Shown: piece after piece, positions 1 through 7,802 of the stretch
Layout of the letters: each line of letters begins with the position of its first letter
Numbering within the stretch: position 1 is the stretch's first letter
From: a bacterium
GTDB taxonomy: Bacteria; Bacillota_I; Bacilli_A; RF39; UBA660
Direction: 5' to 3'
DNA: 58,640 bases
Assembly: GCA_963661445.1 (NCBI GenBank)
Contig: CAVLCG010000001.1
Coordinates: 19,539-78,178 of the forward strand
The notes under the pieces: generated by a model
Seen by the model: only the letters and a program-made list of their open reading frames with translations
Database searches by the model: none
What the model was told of the DNA's origin: nothing
Made by a program: the position numbers and the translations under genes

Positions 1-437
1 GAATAACATCTGATCATAGAGGATTTAAATTGAAAAATGAATTATTTAAAAAATTAGAAGAAGAATATGACATTGTTGATTTTGGTACTTTTAGTGAAGA
101 AAGTGTTGATTATCCTGATTATGCTTTTAAATTAAGTGAAGAAGTAGCTAATAAAAACCTAGATTATGGAATAGCTATTTGTGGAAGTGGAATTGGCATA
201 AGTATTGCTTGTAATAAAGTTAAGGGAATAAGAGCGGCTAGAGTAGTATCATTAGAAGATGTTTTAGAAACTAGAACTGATAATGATGCTAATATAATAT
301 GTCTTAGTGAAAAGTTATCGACTGATGAAGCATATACTCTAGTTAAAAAATTTATTGAAACACCATTTTCGATTGAAGAAAGACATCATAGAAGAATTGA
401 AAAAATAGCTAAATATGAGGATAGTCATGAGTGCTAA
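1..437 (+). CDS. rpiB: ribose-5-phosphate isomerase B (RpiB/LacAB family), 5' end cut by window edge
   Basis: The frame stays open upstream of the ORF-track Met back to nt 3 (ITSDHRGFKLKNEL, resembling the RpiB N-terminal SDH.G motif). It also has the ICGSGIGISIACNKVKGIRAA active-site loop. Confidence 0.85.
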   Translation, partial: ITSDHRGFKLKNELFKKLEEEYDIVDFGTFSEESVDYPDYAFKLSEEVANKNLDYGIAICGSGIGISIACNKVKGIRAARVVSLEDVLETRTDNDANIICLSEKLSTDEAYTLVKKFIETPFSIEERHHRRIEKIAKYEDSHEC

Positions 438-624
438 ATATTTTATTTACATTTTAGTGGGAATCTTAGTTATTTGGTCTTTTGATTCTTTAAATATAAA
501 TTCATTATTTAAAAAAAATAGAGTACTACAAGCTAGAGTTTTATACTTTATGTTAGCACTTTCAATGACCTACTTAGTAACTAACTTTATTTGGGACTTT
601 TTTACAGTATCAAAAATTTTTTAA
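427..624 (+). CDS. small integral membrane protein, DUF1146 / YwzB-like
   Basis: Two hydrophobic helices flank 'LFKKNRVLQARVLYFMLALSMTYLVTNF', which resembles B. subtilis YwzB from memory. A GAGGA RBS lies 5 nt before the ATG at 427; the ORF-track start at 415 is also possible. Confidence 0.6.
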   Translation: MSAKYFIYILVGILVIWSFDSLNINSLFKKNRVLQARVLYFMLALSMTYLVTNFIWDFFTVSKIF

Positions 625-675
625 AAAATTGTATAATTTTTGCCTTTTAGGTAAAACTTTAAATGAGGTGAAAAT

Positions 676-1386
676 ATGAAAAGATTAAAATTCAGGAAAG
701 GTGCAATAGTAGGAATCTATGCTGCTATCTTTGTCTTTACTGGAGTAGGAGCTTATCTAGTAAGTCAAAATATGAAAAAAGATTTAAAACCTACTGAACA
801 AGTTGAACATGTTAATAGTTCTATTCTAGATAAAGATGAAGATGTAGAAGTTATAAATGAAACTACTAAAATGATAAAACCTTTTAAAGATCAGTCTGTA
901 ACAACTACTAAATATTTCTATAACTACCAAGCTGATAATGCAACACAGGAGAAATCAATTTTGTATCATGAAGATACATATATTCAAAATTCAGGAATGG
1001 ATTTTACTAAGAATGAAACCTTTGAAGTAGTAGCAGTTTTAGATGGAACAGTTATTAATATAAAAGATGATGAGTTGTTAGGTAAAATCGTAGAAGTACA
1101 ACATGAAAATAATCTTGTAAGTAGTTATCAAAGTTTGGGAGAAGTATCTGTTAAGAAAAATGATACAGTAAAACAAGGACAAGTGATTGGTAAGAGTGGA
1201 ACTAACAGTATTGATAAGGAATTAGGTAATCATTTGCATTTTGAACTTTATTTAAATAGTCAAGTAGTTAATCCCGAAGATTATTTTGATAAAGAAATAA
1301 AGGCAGAAACTACTACTAATGATAATAATAAAAGTGAAACAGATGAATCTAAGAATAATACTACTGAAACAAAGAAACCAGAATAA
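676..1386 (+). CDS. spoIIQ: SpoIIQ-like bitopic membrane protein with degenerate LytM (M23) domain
   Basis: N-terminal TM helix plus a C-terminal M23 domain. 'YQSLGEVSVKKNDTVKQGQVIGKSGTN...GNHLHFELY' closely parallels B. subtilis SpoIIQ as I recall it. The HxxxD motif reads NSGMD. The C-terminal tail is low-complexity and acidic. RBS GAGGTG. Confidence 0.65.
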   Translation: MKRLKFRKGAIVGIYAAIFVFTGVGAYLVSQNMKKDLKPTEQVEHVNSSILDKDEDVEVINETTKMIKPFKDQSVTTTKYFYNYQADNATQEKSILYHEDTYIQNSGMDFTKNETFEVVAVLDGTVINIKDDELLGKIVEVQHENNLVSSYQSLGEVSVKKNDTVKQGQVIGKSGTNSIDKELGNHLHFELYLNSQVVNPEDYFDKEIKAETTTNDNNKSETDESKNNTTETKKPE

Positions 1387-1396
1387 TGTTAACTAG

Positions 1397-1424
1397 AGAT
1401 GATTAAAAAACAATCATCTTTTTG
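1397..1424 (+). terminator. rho-independent terminator after the spoIIQ-like gene
   Basis: 8-bp stem AGATGATT / AATCATCT with a 7-nt loop, followed by a T-run. Confidence 0.7.
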
Positions 1425-1558
1425 TATGAAAAATAAAGTAATAAATGCAATTATAATGTATATATTTAAAATAGTAGGAAAAACTAATTTTGATGGGAAA
1501 TTAATTTACAAGTAAAAGAAATTTTGTTAAAATATTAACAGTAAAAGGACGTGATAGG

Positions 1559-2551
1559 ATGTTAGCAAAGGATATTGGAATAGATTTAGGAACAGCCAAT
1601 GTATTAATATATATAAAAGGTGAAGGAATTGTTTTAAATGAACCTAGTGTGGTAGCTATTGATACAGATAATAAGAAAGTTGTAGCAGTAGGACGTGAGG
1701 CTAGTGAAATGTTAGGAAGAACTCCTGGAAAGGTTAAAGCTATTAAACCAATGAAAGATGGAGTTATTGCTGATTTTGAGATAACAGAGATTATGCTTGA
1801 TTATTTTATTAGAAAGATTCATGCTCGCAATTTCTTTTCAAGACCTAGAATCTTGATATGTTGTCCATCTAATATTACTCCAGTTGAGAAAAATGCTATT
1901 AAAGAAGCAGCTGAAAGAACTGGAGCAAGAAGAGTGTTTTTAGAAGAAGAGCCTAAAGTAGCTGCTATTGGAGCAGGAATGGATATTTCTAAACCTAGTG
2001 GTAATATGGTAATAGATATTGGTGGTGGTACTACTGATATAGCGGTTCTTTCTTTAAAGGATATAGTTACTAGTGCTTCAATTAGAGTTGCTGGTAATGT
2101 ATTTGATCAAGATATTATAAAGTTTATTAAAGAAAAATATAAATTATTAATAGGTGATAAAACAGCAGAAGAGATTAAAATAGAGTTTGCTAACGTTTAT
2201 AATCCTGATAAGAAGAAAAAGATGGAAGTAAGAGGAAGAGACTTAATTACAGGATTACCTAGTACAATAGAAATCTATGAGAATGAAACAGAAGAAGCTT
2301 TATCTGAATCACTTCAAAAGATAATTAAAGCGGCTACTAATGTTTTAGAACAGACTCCTCCAGAATTATCAGCTGATATTGTAGAAAAAGGAGTAGTCTT
2401 AACTGGTGGTGGAAGTATGTTAACAGGTTTAGTTCCATTATTAAAAGATAAACTAAAGATACCTGTTTTTATTGCTGATACACCATTAACTTGTGTAGCA
2501 GAAGGAACAGGAGTTTTACTTGATGATGTAAGGAGTCTAGAAGAGAACTAG
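1559..2551 (+). CDS. mreB: rod-shape determining actin homologue MreB/Mbl
   Basis: DIGIDLGTANVL phosphate-1 motif, DIGGGTTD, and LTGGGS; 330 aa, typical of MreB. Confidence 0.93.
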   Translation: MLAKDIGIDLGTANVLIYIKGEGIVLNEPSVVAIDTDNKKVVAVGREASEMLGRTPGKVKAIKPMKDGVIADFEITEIMLDYFIRKIHARNFFSRPRILICCPSNITPVEKNAIKEAAERTGARRVFLEEEPKVAAIGAGMDISKPSGNMVIDIGGGTTDIAVLSLKDIVTSASIRVAGNVFDQDIIKFIKEKYKLLIGDKTAEEIKIEFANVYNPDKKKKMEVRGRDLITGLPSTIEIYENETEEALSESLQKIIKAATNVLEQTPPELSADIVEKGVVLTGGGSMLTGLVPLLKDKLKIPVFIADTPLTCVAEGTGVLLDDVRSLEEN

Positions 2552-2626
2552 ACTTTTTTCTTTTCTTAAAATAATTGTACAATAGAATATAAACTGATAT
2601 AATTGAATAAGAAAAGAGGAAGTAAA

Positions 2627-3745
2627 ATGAATCAAGAAATATTAAGTGCTTTAAAGATAGTAGCAGTAACCTTTCTTTGTTCAGCACTGATAATGCCAGG
2701 AATGAAAAAAATTGCTTTTCATATAGGTGCTTTAGATGTTCCAAGAAGTGATGAGGGTAATAGACATATTCATAAAAGAGTAATGCCAAAACTTGGAGGA
2801 GTAGGAATATTTTTAGCTTTCTTAGTTGGTTATATGCTGTTTGGAATAGAAAGTATTCAAATGAATTCAATTCTGATAGGTAGTTTTATAATTATTTTAA
2901 CTGGTATCATTGATGATATTAAGTCTATTAGAGCGAGTAGAAAACTATTAGGACAATTAATTGCTGCTTGTATTATAGTCTTTTATGGAGGAATACTTTT
3001 AAATAACATTACAGCTTTTGGTTATACAATTGACTTTGGTATTTGGTCTTATCCACTGACTATTTTCTTTATAGTAGCTTGTACCAATATTATTAATTTA
3101 ATAGATGGCTTGGATGGTTTATGTGGAGGTATATGTAGTATTTTCTTTTTAACAATTGGTATAATTGGTTTCTTTCAAGGCAGAAGTGGTAGTCTTGTTA
3201 TGATTTTAACATTCATTATGTTAGGTGCTACCTTAGGATTTTTACTTCATAACTTTTATCCAGCTAAAATATTTTGTGGCGACTGTGCCATGTTCTTAGG
3301 CTTTATAATAGCAGTAATAACACTTTTAGAATTTAAGGGGCCTGCTTTAACCAGTTTATTTGTTCCTATAATGATTTTAGGTATACCTATTCTTGATACA
3401 TTATTTGCTATTATTAGAAGACTACTTAAACATCAACCTCCATTTGCTCCTGATAAGGATCATATTCATCATCAGTTATTAGGAATGAATTTTTCTCACA
3501 GAACAACAGTATTAATTATCTATGGAATTGATTTCTTATTTGCAACAGCTTCAATTTTCTATATACTTAAAGATCCTGTTTTAGGTAAAGTATTTTATAT
3601 CTTAATATTTATAGTAGTAGTATGGTTTGTTTTAAGGACTAGTATTATCTCTCCTAAAAACAAGGAAGTGACTGATAGTATTATTGATAAAGTGGAAGGT
3701 ACTATTAAGAAAGAAAAGAGAAAAAAACAAAAAAAGGTTAAATAA
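2627..3745 (+). CDS. tagO: glycosyltransferase family 4 (MraY/WecA/TagO-type) undecaprenyl-phosphate HexNAc-1-phosphate transferase
   Basis: Polytopic membrane protein with NLIDGLDGL and IIDD motifs of the MraY/WecA family. Start moved to MNQEIL after the AGAGGAAG RBS. Confidence 0.8.
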   Translation: MNQEILSALKIVAVTFLCSALIMPGMKKIAFHIGALDVPRSDEGNRHIHKRVMPKLGGVGIFLAFLVGYMLFGIESIQMNSILIGSFIIILTGIIDDIKSIRASRKLLGQLIAACIIVFYGGILLNNITAFGYTIDFGIWSYPLTIFFIVACTNIINLIDGLDGLCGGICSIFFLTIGIIGFFQGRSGSLVMILTFIMLGATLGFLLHNFYPAKIFCGDCAMFLGFIIAVITLLEFKGPALTSLFVPIMILGIPILDTLFAIIRRLLKHQPPFAPDKDHIHHQLLGMNFSHRTTVLIIYGIDFLFATASIFYILKDPVLGKVFYILIFIVVVWFVLRTSIISPKNKEVTDSIIDKVEGTIKKEKRKKQKKVK

Positions 3746-3773
3746 CCAGTGGTTAAACAACTACTGGTTTTTT
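3744..3773 (+). terminator. rho-independent terminator after tagO
   Basis: AACCAGTGG / CTACTGGTT stem followed by TTTTTT; it overlaps the stop codon. Confidence 0.7.
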
Positions 3774-3836
3774 GCTGTAAAAATATCCACTTTTATGGAA
3801 AAATATGGTAAAATTAAGGGGTCGGAGGTATACCAG

Positions 3837-4580
3837 ATGATAAATTTTATTATATGTGATGATGAGGAAATATTTAGAAATTCTATTAAGGAGAAAATAG
3901 ATTATTGTATGATGAAAAGTACTGTTGAATATAAAACTCATTTTTTTAGTTGCTATGACGAAAAGTTTTTCAATTTTGCTAAGAATCCTAATGGCTTTAA
4001 TGTTTACTTTTTAGATATTCAAATGCCAGATGGTGATGGTATAGATGTTGCGAGAACTATAAGATATAAACTAGGTGATTGGAATTCCCTGATTATCTTT
4101 GTAACCAATTTTAGTAAGTATAGAAATAAAGTTCTAACTAGTCGTTTGGATGTTTTAGATTATATTAAAAAATCTAAAAAAGGTTATGAACAATTGGAAG
4201 AAGTAATGGCTATAATACTTTCTAAATATAGGAGTACAGATGGCTGTTTAACTTTTGAGAAAGATCATTCTGTTTTTAAAATTAAGTATAGAGATATTGT
4301 TTTTATAGAAAGAGAGTTAAATAGTAAGTGTTGTATTTTATACACTACTAGTGGTGAGTATAGAATAGCTAAGTCATTATCCGAAATTGAAGAGCTGTTA
4401 GATAATAGATTTTTAAGAACTCATCGTAGTGCTATTATTAATGTAGATAAAATAATTGAATATAATGTTAAAACAAATATAGTTATTTTTTCTACTGGTG
4501 AATCAACTGATTTGGTAGCAAGAAGTAAGAGAAAGGAGTTGAAGGAACGTGTCCTTAATTATAGTAAAGTGTGTAAATAG
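3837..4580 (+). CDS. LytR/AlgR (LytTR) family response regulator, AgrA-like
   Basis: Receiver domain (IICDDEE ... YFLDIQMPDGDG) plus a C-terminal LytTR domain (FIERELNSKCCILYT...FLRTHRSAIINVDKI). The true start is the ATG at 3837 after a GGAGG RBS. The ORF-track extension back to 3684 runs through the tagO terminator. Confidence 0.9.
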   Translation: MINFIICDDEEIFRNSIKEKIDYCMMKSTVEYKTHFFSCYDEKFFNFAKNPNGFNVYFLDIQMPDGDGIDVARTIRYKLGDWNSLIIFVTNFSKYRNKVLTSRLDVLDYIKKSKKGYEQLEEVMAIILSKYRSTDGCLTFEKDHSVFKIKYRDIVFIERELNSKCCILYTTSGEYRIAKSLSEIEELLDNRFLRTHRSAIINVDKIIEYNVKTNIVIFSTGESTDLVARSKRKELKERVLNYSKVCK

Positions 4581-5837
4581 TTTAGTAATGAGCTTAGCTA
4601 TAATTTTTACTGCAATGTATTTAACTGATGAAAGAATAAAATTGATATCTATAAATACAATCTTTTGGATACTTATAAGTATTGCTCCATGTTTTGTTTT
4701 TTACGCTCCTGGATATAATATGCTTTTTACAATTTTTTCATTTTTATGTTTGGTACTGTTAATTAATCATTTATTTAGTATTAATGTGATGAGTTCTTCT
4801 GTAATAGTTATGTATTTTATAATACTTTCAATTATACCAGATTTAGTAGTCTCATCGATAGTTATTAACTTTTTAAACTATAATCAATTAATTAATAATC
4901 TTCTTGTATTTTTTATTACTAATTTTTCTGTATCAATTATTACATACTTTTTATTTAAAATACCTTTAATAACAAAACTTACTAATAATAGTATGATAAG
5001 AATAAACAAATCAAAACATAAAAACGTAATTCTATATGCTATTTTGTCTTTTTTCTCCATTGGTATAGCTTATTATAGTATAACTGACATTTTTAAACCA
5101 ACACATACTTATTTTATTATTAATCTTCTCGCATTATTTTTAGCAACACTTGTATTTGTATATATAAGTGAGTTAATTAAATACAATCAATTAGAAGATA
5201 AAAATGCCGTTTTATATGAATGTATGAAAAATATTGAAATTATCAGGAAGAACAGGATTTAAAAATTCATGAGTATAAGAATCAGTTATCTAAAGTAACA
5301 GCTTTAACTAATGATAAACTAGTACTGGAAAAATTAGAGGAAATATTGAATGTTGATTTAACTACAGATGTATATTTGTTAGGAAAATTAAAAAATGTAC
5401 CAAAGGGTGAATTGAAAAGTTTAATATACTACAAAATGTTAATTGCAAATAAAGAAAATATAAAACTTTCCATAAGTGTTACTAAACTAGATGAAAATAA
5501 CTATAGATTTACTAGGGAACAAGAAAAAAGTTTAAGTCATTTGATTGGTATTTTCTTTGATAATGCTATTGAAGCTGCCAAAGCATCAGATGAAAAGAAG
5601 ATTTTGTTTGAGATATATGATTCGAATTTAGGAATTACCTTTTTGATTGAAAATTCTTTTAGTGGAAATATAGATTTAAATAAAATTGATAAAAAAGGAT
5701 TTACTACAAAAGGAAAAGGACATGGAAATGGATTGCATTTTGCAAAAAAAATAGTTAAGAAGAGAATTGGCATTTATACTAGAAGATTAATAGAGAATAA
5801 TAATTTTATTCAAAAAATAATAATAGAAAAGGAATGA
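4549..5837 (+). pseudogene. AgrC-like (HPK10) sensor histidine kinase, reading frame interrupted before the H-box
   Basis: ORF 4549-5262 encodes a polytopic sensor domain with about 6 TM helices. The next frame is open from 5238 and reads NYQEEQDLKIHEYKNQL (H-box), then FFDNAIEAA (N-box) and GHGNGL (G-box), ending at 5837. The two parts overlap in different frames at 5238-5262. The downstream part has no ATG before the H-box. Confidence 0.7.
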
Positions 5838-5853
5838 ACTTTTAGTCCATTCC
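5831..5853. terminator. bidirectional hairpin shared by the convergent kinase and agrD genes
   Basis: GGAATGAAC-TTTTA-GTCCATTCC with one mismatch. A/T runs lie on both sides and the hairpin overlaps both stop codons. Confidence 0.5.
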
Positions 5854-5961
5854 TTTTAATGCTTTTGGCTCATCAACTGCCCACCAGATACAACCAACAC
5901 TAGCAGATGCAGTGGCAAGCATTCCTAAAGCTACTAATAATTTTGCAACTCTTTTTTTCAT
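5842..5961 (-). CDS. agrD: AgrD-like autoinducing peptide precursor (39 aa), absent from the ORF track
   Basis: Manual minus-strand translation gives MKKRVAKLLVALGMLATASASVGCIWWAVDEPKALKGMD. An AGGAG RBS sits 5 nt upstream of the ATG. The gene lies 40 nt downstream of agrB. A single Cys is followed by a hydrophobic stretch and then an acidic/Pro tail (VDEPKAL), as in AgrD. Confidence 0.7.
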   Translation of the reverse strand: MKKRVAKLLVALGMLATASASVGCIWWAVDEPKALKGMD

Positions 5962-6001
5962 ACTTGGCTCCTGTTCTATTTTAAATGTTAATAAATAACA
6001 T

Positions 6002-6586
6002 TTAAACCATTAAATAATTCCTATATGGCATACCATATATCCTATAAGTAATAGGTAAAATTAAAATTGTTTCTATTATCATACCTGATAATAAATATAT
6101 AGAAATATCATTATTATTAAATATTATTATTATTACTGAATAAATGATTGCTATTGCACAAGTTGCTATTTTTCTTAAGACTCTTTTCCTTTTGTTGGTT
6201 AAAGGTCTTTTTACTGTGTCAGCTGGAGCATATAGTATAAAGCATATAAATGTAATTATACATATTGCTATTTTAACTGGCAAAGTAATAGTAATTTTTG
6301 ACATTAGTAATGGGATACCTACTAATATCACTATAGATGAGAATAAGCAAGTTGAAGACTTATTAGCATGCATACCAAAGGCTGGATATCTGATTATATT
6401 AAAGAATATTAGAGTTAGAATAAATTCCTTAAATATTCCTAATAAGAATGCTAGTGGAAAAATTATTAAAAATTTTCCAAATGTTAAATATATTCCCTCT
6501 AGTCCGTATCTTAGTTCTTCTTCTTGTATTTCTATATTGTTACTTTTAACAAAAGAAATACAATTATTTAAAAATCTTTCTTTCAT
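6002..6586 (-). CDS. agrB: accessory gene regulator B (AgrB) family membrane peptidase
   Basis: 194 aa polytopic protein. 'IRYPAFGMHANKSSTCLFSS' matches the AgrB R..(A/F)GG.HA....C..S catalytic His/Cys region, and 'APADTVKRPL' is also present. Confidence 0.88.
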   Translation of the reverse strand: MKERFLNNCISFVKSNNIEIQEEELRYGLEGIYLTFGKFLIIFPLAFLLGIFKEFILTLIFFNIIRYPAFGMHANKSSTCLFSSIVILVGIPLLMSKITITLPVKIAICIITFICFILYAPADTVKRPLTNKRKRVLRKIATCAIAIIYSVIIIIFNNNDISIYLLSGMIIETILILPITYRIYGMPYRNYLMV

Positions 6587-6704
6587 TTTATACCTCTCTT
6601 GTTGCTTTAATGATACTATAAAAAGGTAACTATAGCTTAAATTGGCTCTTTTGCAAGATTACATTATATTAATAGGATATTACTTGTCATGATAAATGAT
6701 AAAA

Positions 6705-6743
6705 TTTACCGTTTGGAGTATTCTAAAAACCAATTACGGTAAA
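6705..6743. repeat. imperfect inverted repeat TTTACCGT-N23-ACGGTAAA in the agrB/csp intergenic region
   Basis: Read directly from the sequence. On the minus strand it can also be read as two similar 9-mers, ACCGTAATT and ACGGTAAAT. Function is unknown (operator, or csp 5'-UTR structure). Confidence 0.3.
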
Positions 6744-6850
6744 AGTATAAAAAATTCAAAAACTTATGTTAAGATACAATTACATCGTTTTAAGAAGTTC
6801 AAAAACCGGGACGTACTTAGTGGATGTAATAATTTATGGAGGTGAGCCAA

Positions 6851-7069
6851 ATGATAGGCAAAGTAAAATGGTTTAATAATGAGAAAGGTTATGGATTCAT
6901 TGAATATAAAGAAAATGAAGACATCTTCGTTCATTATTCAACTATTAACATCATCGGTTATAAGACTTTATCGGAGGGTCAATATGTAGAGTTTACTTTA
7001 CTAGAAACAAGTAAAGGATATCAAGCCGTTGATGTAACGCCTATAAAAGAACCAGCTACTGTAAAATAG
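6851..7069 (+). CDS. cold-shock protein (CspA family, S1-like CSD)
   Basis: GKVKWFNNEKGYGFI (RNP1) and DIFVHYS (RNP2). Start at MIGKV after a GGAGGTG RBS. The upstream intergenic region is long (about 260 nt to agrB). Confidence 0.92.
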   Translation: MIGKVKWFNNEKGYGFIEYKENEDIFVHYSTINIIGYKTLSEGQYVEFTLLETSKGYQAVDVTPIKEPATVK

Positions 7070-7178
7070 CTAGTTCTTTTTCATTGTTTCCCATAAATTT
7101 TACATAATTTTTGACAAGAAATTATCTTCTTTTTTTTAAAGTATTATGCTATACTACAGGTATAAGGAGAGTGATAAT

Positions 7179-7712
7179 ATGGAAATAATTATCCGTGGTG
7201 ACAAAATCGAAGTTACTAAAGCAATGAAAGACTATATTAAGGAGAAGCTAAAAAGACTAGATAAATATCTAGAAAATAGTGATGCTGTTAGAGCAAATGT
7301 AGTAGTGAGAGTATCTTCACATCGTCAAACAGTGGAGATAACTATTCCACTTCACAATTTTATTATTCGTTCTGAAGAAACACAGGAAGATTTTTATGCA
7401 GCTGTAGATAAAGCAATAGATGTAATGGAACGTCAAATTAGAAAGAATAAAACAAGATTAAAATCTAGAGAAGATAAAACAAGAATAGATTTTAAAATGA
7501 TTGATTTAACTGATATTGAATATGAAGAAAAAGAAGATAAAATAATCAAAAGAAAGAAAGTAGAAGTAAAACCAATGGATGAAGAGGAAGCAATTCTTCA
7601 GATGGAACTTTTAGGACATCAGTTTTATCTATTTAAGAATATAGATACATCAAAAGAAGCAGTTGTTTATAAAAGAAAAAATGGCGGCTACGGTTTAATT
7701 GAATCTGAATAG
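7179..7712 (+). CDS. hpf: ribosome hibernation promoting factor, long form (HPF/YvyD)
   Basis: MEIIIRGDKIEVTKAMKDYIKEKL is an S30AE N-terminal domain. The C-terminal dimerisation domain reads KPMDEEEAILQMELLGHQFYLFKN. RBS AAGGAG. Confidence 0.92.
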   Translation: MEIIIRGDKIEVTKAMKDYIKEKLKRLDKYLENSDAVRANVVVRVSSHRQTVEITIPLHNFIIRSEETQEDFYAAVDKAIDVMERQIRKNKTRLKSREDKTRIDFKMIDLTDIEYEEKEDKIIKRKKVEVKPMDEEEAILQMELLGHQFYLFKNIDTSKEAVVYKRKNGGYGLIESE

Positions 7713-7718
7713 ATAAGA

Positions 7719-7743
7719 GCAGTTAGTAATTAACTGCTTTTTC
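7719..7743 (+). terminator. rho-independent terminator after hpf
   Basis: GCAGTTA-GTAAT-TAACTGC followed by TTTTT. Confidence 0.75.
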
Positions 7744-7802
7744 TAAGCCTTGAAAAATATGACCTTTTATGATAATTTAGATAAAAGAAAAGAGGAGAAA
7801 GT

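Noticed and set aside
2469-2870. 133-aa minus-strand ORF spanning the mreB end and tagO start
   Set aside because: It overlaps two well-supported + strand genes and their intergenic RBS. It shows no recognisable similarity and is a shadow ORF.
3684-3836. N-terminal extension of the response-regulator ORF given in the track
   Set aside because: The extension overlaps the tagO 3' end and its terminator hairpin and has no RBS. The receiver domain begins at the ATG at 3837, which has a GGAGG RBS. I trimmed similar upstream extensions for csp, hpf, trxB, tuf, murD, secG, xfp, spo0A, the methyltransferase and the deacetylase.
6144-6629. 161-aa + strand ORF opposite agrB
   Set aside because: It is entirely antisense to a gene with clear AgrB catalytic motifs. 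It has no RBS and a low-complexity hydrophobic composition, typical of shadow ORFs in AT-rich DNA.
7713-7802. T-box leader upstream of cysS
   Set aside because: The spacer is only 90 nt. It is occupied by the hpf terminator and a promoter-like TTGAAA-17-TAATTT, which is far too short for a T-box riboswitch.
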